This document shows, in pieces, positions 36,683 through 40,023 of a stretch of 40,023 nt of DNA. The notes under the pieces were generated by a model. It made no database searches, was not told the origin of the DNA, and worked only from the letters and a program-made list of their open reading frames with translations. The stretch is from Pseudomonadota bacterium (lineage in GTDB: Bacteria; Pseudomonadota; Gammaproteobacteria; UBA4575): the NCBI GenBank assembly GCA_009839635.1, contig VXPJ01000046.1, positions 1 through 40,023 of the forward strand, in the 5' to 3' direction. Positions within the stretch are counted from its first letter, which is position 1, and every line of letters begins with the position of its first letter. A program made the translations under genes and the position numbers.

Positions 36683-37234
36683 TCAGGAGGGCCTCATCCG
36701 AAGGCGTGCGATCGGCGACTGACGGCCCACTTCAATGGTGACCTCGCATTCCTTGCGTGCAGGCACAGCGGCCCCGGGGGGCGCATCGAGCCGGATGCGC
36801 AGGCGGTGCACCGACAGCGGCGCACGGCCCTCGAACATCGCCAGGAACTCGGTCAGGGGCAGCACGGAAATGCCCGCCACTTCCCCTTCCAGGGTGTGGA
36901 GATGCCCGTCGGCGCCACTGAACTCGATCTTCGCAGGCTGGCCGGCCTCGATCTGAGCGGCGGCATCGCGCTTGATCCACACCATCGCCTGCAGGCTGTG
37001 CTCGCCCGCCAGCGTGCTTTCACCGGGTCCGGCCAAGACCCCATCGAGCGTCAGGCTGCGGGCCACGCTGCCAAACACCAGCCAGACCAAAAGCACCACC
37101 AATACCCCGGCAATGGCGGCCACCAGCGCACGCTCATTGGGGGTGGAGATGGTGAGCAGCCGGTCCAGCTGTTCGCGTTCTTCCTTGGCCTCGGCGACCA
37201 TGTTGTGAAATGACTCGAATGGATTGTTGAACAC
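36683..37234 (-). CDS. short HlyD-like / NHLM secretion adaptor protein (183 aa)
   Basis: GTG start, one TM helix (ALVAAIAGVLVVLLVWLVF), then barrel-sandwich-like segments (...AMVWIKRDAAAQIEAGQPAKIEF...GEVAGIS...). Its stop lies 1 nt before the ABC start. Confidence 0.65.
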   Translation of the reverse strand: MFNNPFESFHNMVAEAKEEREQLDRLLTISTPNERALVAAIAGVLVVLLVWLVFGSVARSLTLDGVLAGPGESTLAGEHSLQAMVWIKRDAAAQIEAGQPAKIEFSGADGHLHTLEGEVAGISVLPLTEFLAMFEGRAPLSVHRLRIRLDAPPGAAVPARKECEVTIEVGRQSPIARLRMRPS

Positions 37235-37422
37235 GACTTAGAGCAGCCTCCTTACCTGGATCAAGCAACGTCCCAGGAGACATCCCATCCGGGATGGCAT
37301 TGAAACTTTTAGCGATTATAAGCAATCTCGCCCAAGAAAGATCAAATTCTCACCCCAGCGCAGGCCATGGCCTGGAGCTTCGCACACCGGTCACTTCACC
37401 TGTTCCGGGCACTCAAGGTACA

Positions 37423-38319
37423 ATGTCACACGTCCATCACGCGCCTGTGCAGATGTTTCCTGATCACGAAACCGCCCGAAACCGGCGGGTCCACGACGAC
37501 CCGACTAAGGCTTTTCCATGCGCGCGCAGGGGGTGGCTCGGGACCCTGGCCCTGATCCTCGCGGCACTGGGACCGGCGCAGACACCGGTACTGGCGGAGA
37601 CGGCGGAAGAAAAAGGGCTCAGGATTGCGCTGGAGGCCGAGGCCCGCAACGACGGCTTCGGGGATTTCACCGCGGGCATGACGATGGTGCTGCGCGATCG
37701 GTACGGGCGCGAGAGTATCCGCCAGATGCGCTTCAAGGTGCTGGAGGTGGCAGGCGACGGGGACAAGAGCCTGTTTGTGTTCGATCAGCCGCGAGACGTG
37801 CAGGGCACCGCCCTGCTGACCCACGCCCACATCAACACCCAGGACGACCAGTGGCTGTACCTGCCGGCCCTGAAGCGGGTCAAGCGCATCAACGCCTCGA
37901 AGCGTTCCGGGTCCTTCATGGGCAGCGAGTTCTCCTACGAGGACATGAGCACGCCGGAAGTGGAGGAATACACCTACAAGTACCTACGCGACGAGCCCTG
38001 CGGCGAGCTCAGCTGTACCGTGACCGAGCAGGTGCCGCTGGACAAGAACTCCGGATACAGCCGCAAGATCGTCTGGCAGGACACCGGTGAGCTTCGCGTC
38101 TGGAAGATGGAACTGTACGACCGCAAGGACTCGCACCTGAAGACACTCACGTTCGCCAACTACGAGCAATACCTGGACCAGTTCTGGCGGGCCGGGGAAC
38201 AGACCATGGTGAACCACCTGACCGAGGCCAGCACGGTGCTGCACTGGACCGACTTCAGGTTTCGCACCAACCTCGACGACAGCGAATTCAACAAACTGGC
38301 ACTGCGACGCGTGCGCTGA
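37423..38319 (+). CDS. LolA-like 'outer membrane lipoprotein-sorting' family periplasmic protein
   Basis: Signal peptide ...LALILAALGPAQTPVLA. Signature DDQWLYLPALKRVKRINASKRSGSFMGSEFSYEDM (LolA_like family, from memory). Start taken at ATG 37423; the track start 37294 is probably too far upstream. Confidence 0.85.
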   Translation: MSHVHHAPVQMFPDHETARNRRVHDDPTKAFPCARRGWLGTLALILAALGPAQTPVLAETAEEKGLRIALEAEARNDGFGDFTAGMTMVLRDRYGRESIRQMRFKVLEVAGDGDKSLFVFDQPRDVQGTALLTHAHINTQDDQWLYLPALKRVKRINASKRSGSFMGSEFSYEDMSTPEVEEYTYKYLRDEPCGELSCTVTEQVPLDKNSGYSRKIVWQDTGELRVWKMELYDRKDSHLKTLTFANYEQYLDQFWRAGEQTMVNHLTEASTVLHWTDFRFRTNLDDSEFNKLALRRVR

Positions 38320-39548
38320 TGCGTCCTACCTGCGCCATAGCGGCCCTCGTATTCCTGGCCGGTGCAGGTATCGAGGTCCGGGCGCTGGACCTCTCGGGTG
38401 ACCTGAGCCTGCAGGCGCGGGGCTACCCGGAGTCGCCCGCGCATCCGGGGCAGCGCTCGTCCACCGCGGGATGGGTCCTCGAGCCCACGCTGCACGGTGA
38501 ACTCAGCCACACCACCAGCTTCACCTTCACCCCGCTGTATCGCTTTGATAGCGCGGATTCCAGGCGCACGCACGCGGACCTGCGCGAGGCCTACCTGCTG
38601 AGGTACGGCGAGTGGGGCGAGAATTCCTGGCAGCTTCGAGCGGGCGTGGACCGCGTGTTCTGGGGCGTGGCCGAGGTGCACAACCTGGTCGACATCGTCA
38701 ACCAGATCGACCTCGTCGAGCACCCGCGAGACCGGCCCAAGCTGGGCCAGCCGATGCTTCACCTGGCGGTCTCCGGGGACTGGGGCTTGGCCGAAACTTT
38801 CGTGTTGCCGTACCACCGCAGGCAGACCTTTCCGGGGCGATCCGGGCGGCTGCGCGCAGGCCGCCTGATCGAGGATGACGCCGCCTACGAGAGCGGTGCC
38901 GAGGAGCGCCACGTTGATGTTGCATTTCGCTACAGTCATGCCGTGGGCGTGCTGGACATCGCGCTGAGCGCCTTCTCCGGCACCAGCCGCGAGCCCCGGT
39001 TCGTGGTGGATCCGGGCGTCGGGGATGCAGGGGCGATGGATGCCCCCCTGCTGCCGTTCTACGAGCAAATCCGCCAGTTCGGGCTCGAGGCGCAGCTTAC
39101 CACCGAGCCTGTGCTGTACAAGCTGGAAGCCATCCGCCGCCACGGCGCACAAAACCTGCTCGGTGAGGGGGAAGATTATGGTGCCTTCATCGTTGGTGTG
39201 GAGCGCACGCTCTATACGCTCTTTGATTCCCCGTACGACCTGACCCTGCTGGGTGAGTGGCTTTATGACGAGCGGGGCAGCCGGGCCACCAGCGCCTGGC
39301 AAAACGATGTGTACCTGACTGGCTTTCTCTCCTTCAACGACGTGCAGGGCACGGAGCTCATCGTTGGCCTGCTTGCCGATCTGCGCTACAACACGCGCAC
39401 CCTGAACCTGGAATTCAAGCGCCGCCTCGCAGGCAGCTGGTCGATGCGACTTGAGACCTTCGCCAACCTGGGCTCAGACCGCAAGGACCTGACCTACGAT
39501 GGCCGGCGCGACAGTTTCGCCGGCGCGGAACTCATCTTCAGCTTCTAA
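38319..39548 (+). CDS. outer-membrane beta-barrel protein of unknown family
   Basis: The ATG overlaps the upstream TGA (TGATG at 38317-38321). It has a signal peptide, alternating strand pattern and the C-terminal ...AGAELIFSF. Confidence 0.7.
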   Translation: MRPTCAIAALVFLAGAGIEVRALDLSGDLSLQARGYPESPAHPGQRSSTAGWVLEPTLHGELSHTTSFTFTPLYRFDSADSRRTHADLREAYLLRYGEWGENSWQLRAGVDRVFWGVAEVHNLVDIVNQIDLVEHPRDRPKLGQPMLHLAVSGDWGLAETFVLPYHRRQTFPGRSGRLRAGRLIEDDAAYESGAEERHVDVAFRYSHAVGVLDIALSAFSGTSREPRFVVDPGVGDAGAMDAPLLPFYEQIRQFGLEAQLTTEPVLYKLEAIRRHGAQNLLGEGEDYGAFIVGVERTLYTLFDSPYDLTLLGEWLYDERGSRATSAWQNDVYLTGFLSFNDVQGTELIVGLLADLRYNTRTLNLEFKRRLAGSWSMRLETFANLGSDRKDLTYDGRRDSFAGAELIFSF

Positions 39549-39773
39549 TCACACCAAGCAGACATTGACTGGTATCGTTCAGCACTTGACACCATACAAC
39601 CAGAATTTGTACAGGTTCCCTTGCATGTACAAAACCGTGAGCTGACAGTGATCGTGATGATGCATGGGAAAGAAGAGGAAGTCCTAGAAATCGGTACGGT
39701 GGAAAACTTGATCCAGGGTGTGAGGATGGCTAGTATTTTGGCAACACCCCTTGCAGTTTAGACTGCAGGGCGC

Positions 39774-39803
39774 AGGGTCTCTTCGGAGGCCCTTGCTTTT
39801 TTT
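39774..39803 (+). terminator. Rho-independent terminator
   Basis: AGGGTCTC, loop TTCG, GAGGCCCT (one G-U pair), followed by TGCTTTTTTT. Confidence 0.6.
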
Positions 39804-39867
39804 GGCAGTCAGGAATGCGAACCCTTGTCGATGTCGACTGCCTTAACCTCAGTGGAGGTCATGAAGG

Positions 39868-40023
39868 ATGATCCAGCCAGGTAGCCAATCCTTGCGCAAG
39901 ATCGCGGTGGTCGGGCGAGGCACTGCGGGTTCTCTGGCGGCTGCAAGCATCACCCGCCTGCATCCGGGGGACGACTACGAACTGCACCACATCTACGACT
40001 CGCGCATCCCGGTGATCGGCGTG
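39868..40023 (+). CDS. FAD-dependent tryptophan-halogenase-family protein (N-terminal fragment, runs off the window)
   Basis: GGAGG lies 9 nt upstream. KIAVVGRGTAGSLAAASI...SRIPVIGV matches the halogenase N-terminus (GxGxxG ... IPxIGVGE). Confidence 0.65.
   Translation, partial: MIQPGSQSLRKIAVVGRGTAGSLAAASITRLHPGDDYELHHIYDSRIPVIGV

Noticed and set aside
1-40023. A search by eye for tRNA, rRNA, CRISPR arrays, integrase or att sites, and toxin-antitoxin pairs.
   Set aside because: I recognised no cloverleaf-compatible segments, rRNA-like conserved blocks, or regularly spaced direct repeats with spacers. Absence by eye is not proof, so tRNAscan, Infernal or minced would settle it.

Overview
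GC-rich, Gram-negative (proteobacterium-like) accessory DNA in two halves; family names below are motif recognition from memory, not searches. Left half (1-20.5 kb) is a cell-surface and secretion island. It holds two TbpB-like surface lipoproteins, three autotransporters (SWM/Ig-like repeat passenger, Calx-beta repeat passenger, lipidated S8 protease), a TonB-dependent receptor and a LuxR-type regulator. It also holds a frameshifted OM-barrel pseudogene and AT-rich inserts with duplicated small ORFs and a repeated regulatory module built on the palindrome CTATCAATTGATAG. Right half (20.6-39.6 kb) is the most interesting part, an atypical RiPP locus of the NHLP/YcaO type. It encodes a fused E1-like/YcaO cyclodehydratase, an 83-aa NHLP-type precursor whose predicted core is only LCCCW, and the NHLM export set (C39-peptidase ABC, cNMP-domain ABC, short HlyD-like protein). 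The non-canonical parts are a second NHLP-leader homologue fused to an alpha/alpha-toroid prenyltransferase/terpene-cyclase-like domain and an unassignable 379-aa protein with PT-barrel-like periodicity. Further non-canonical parts are an RND/MMPL exporter, a LolA-like carrier plus OM barrel, a divergent AlkB-like/GlnE-like fusion, an IS1595 transposase remnant and a flanking Trp-halogenase-like gene. No SagB-type dehydrogenase is visible. I found no tRNA, rRNA or CRISPR array.
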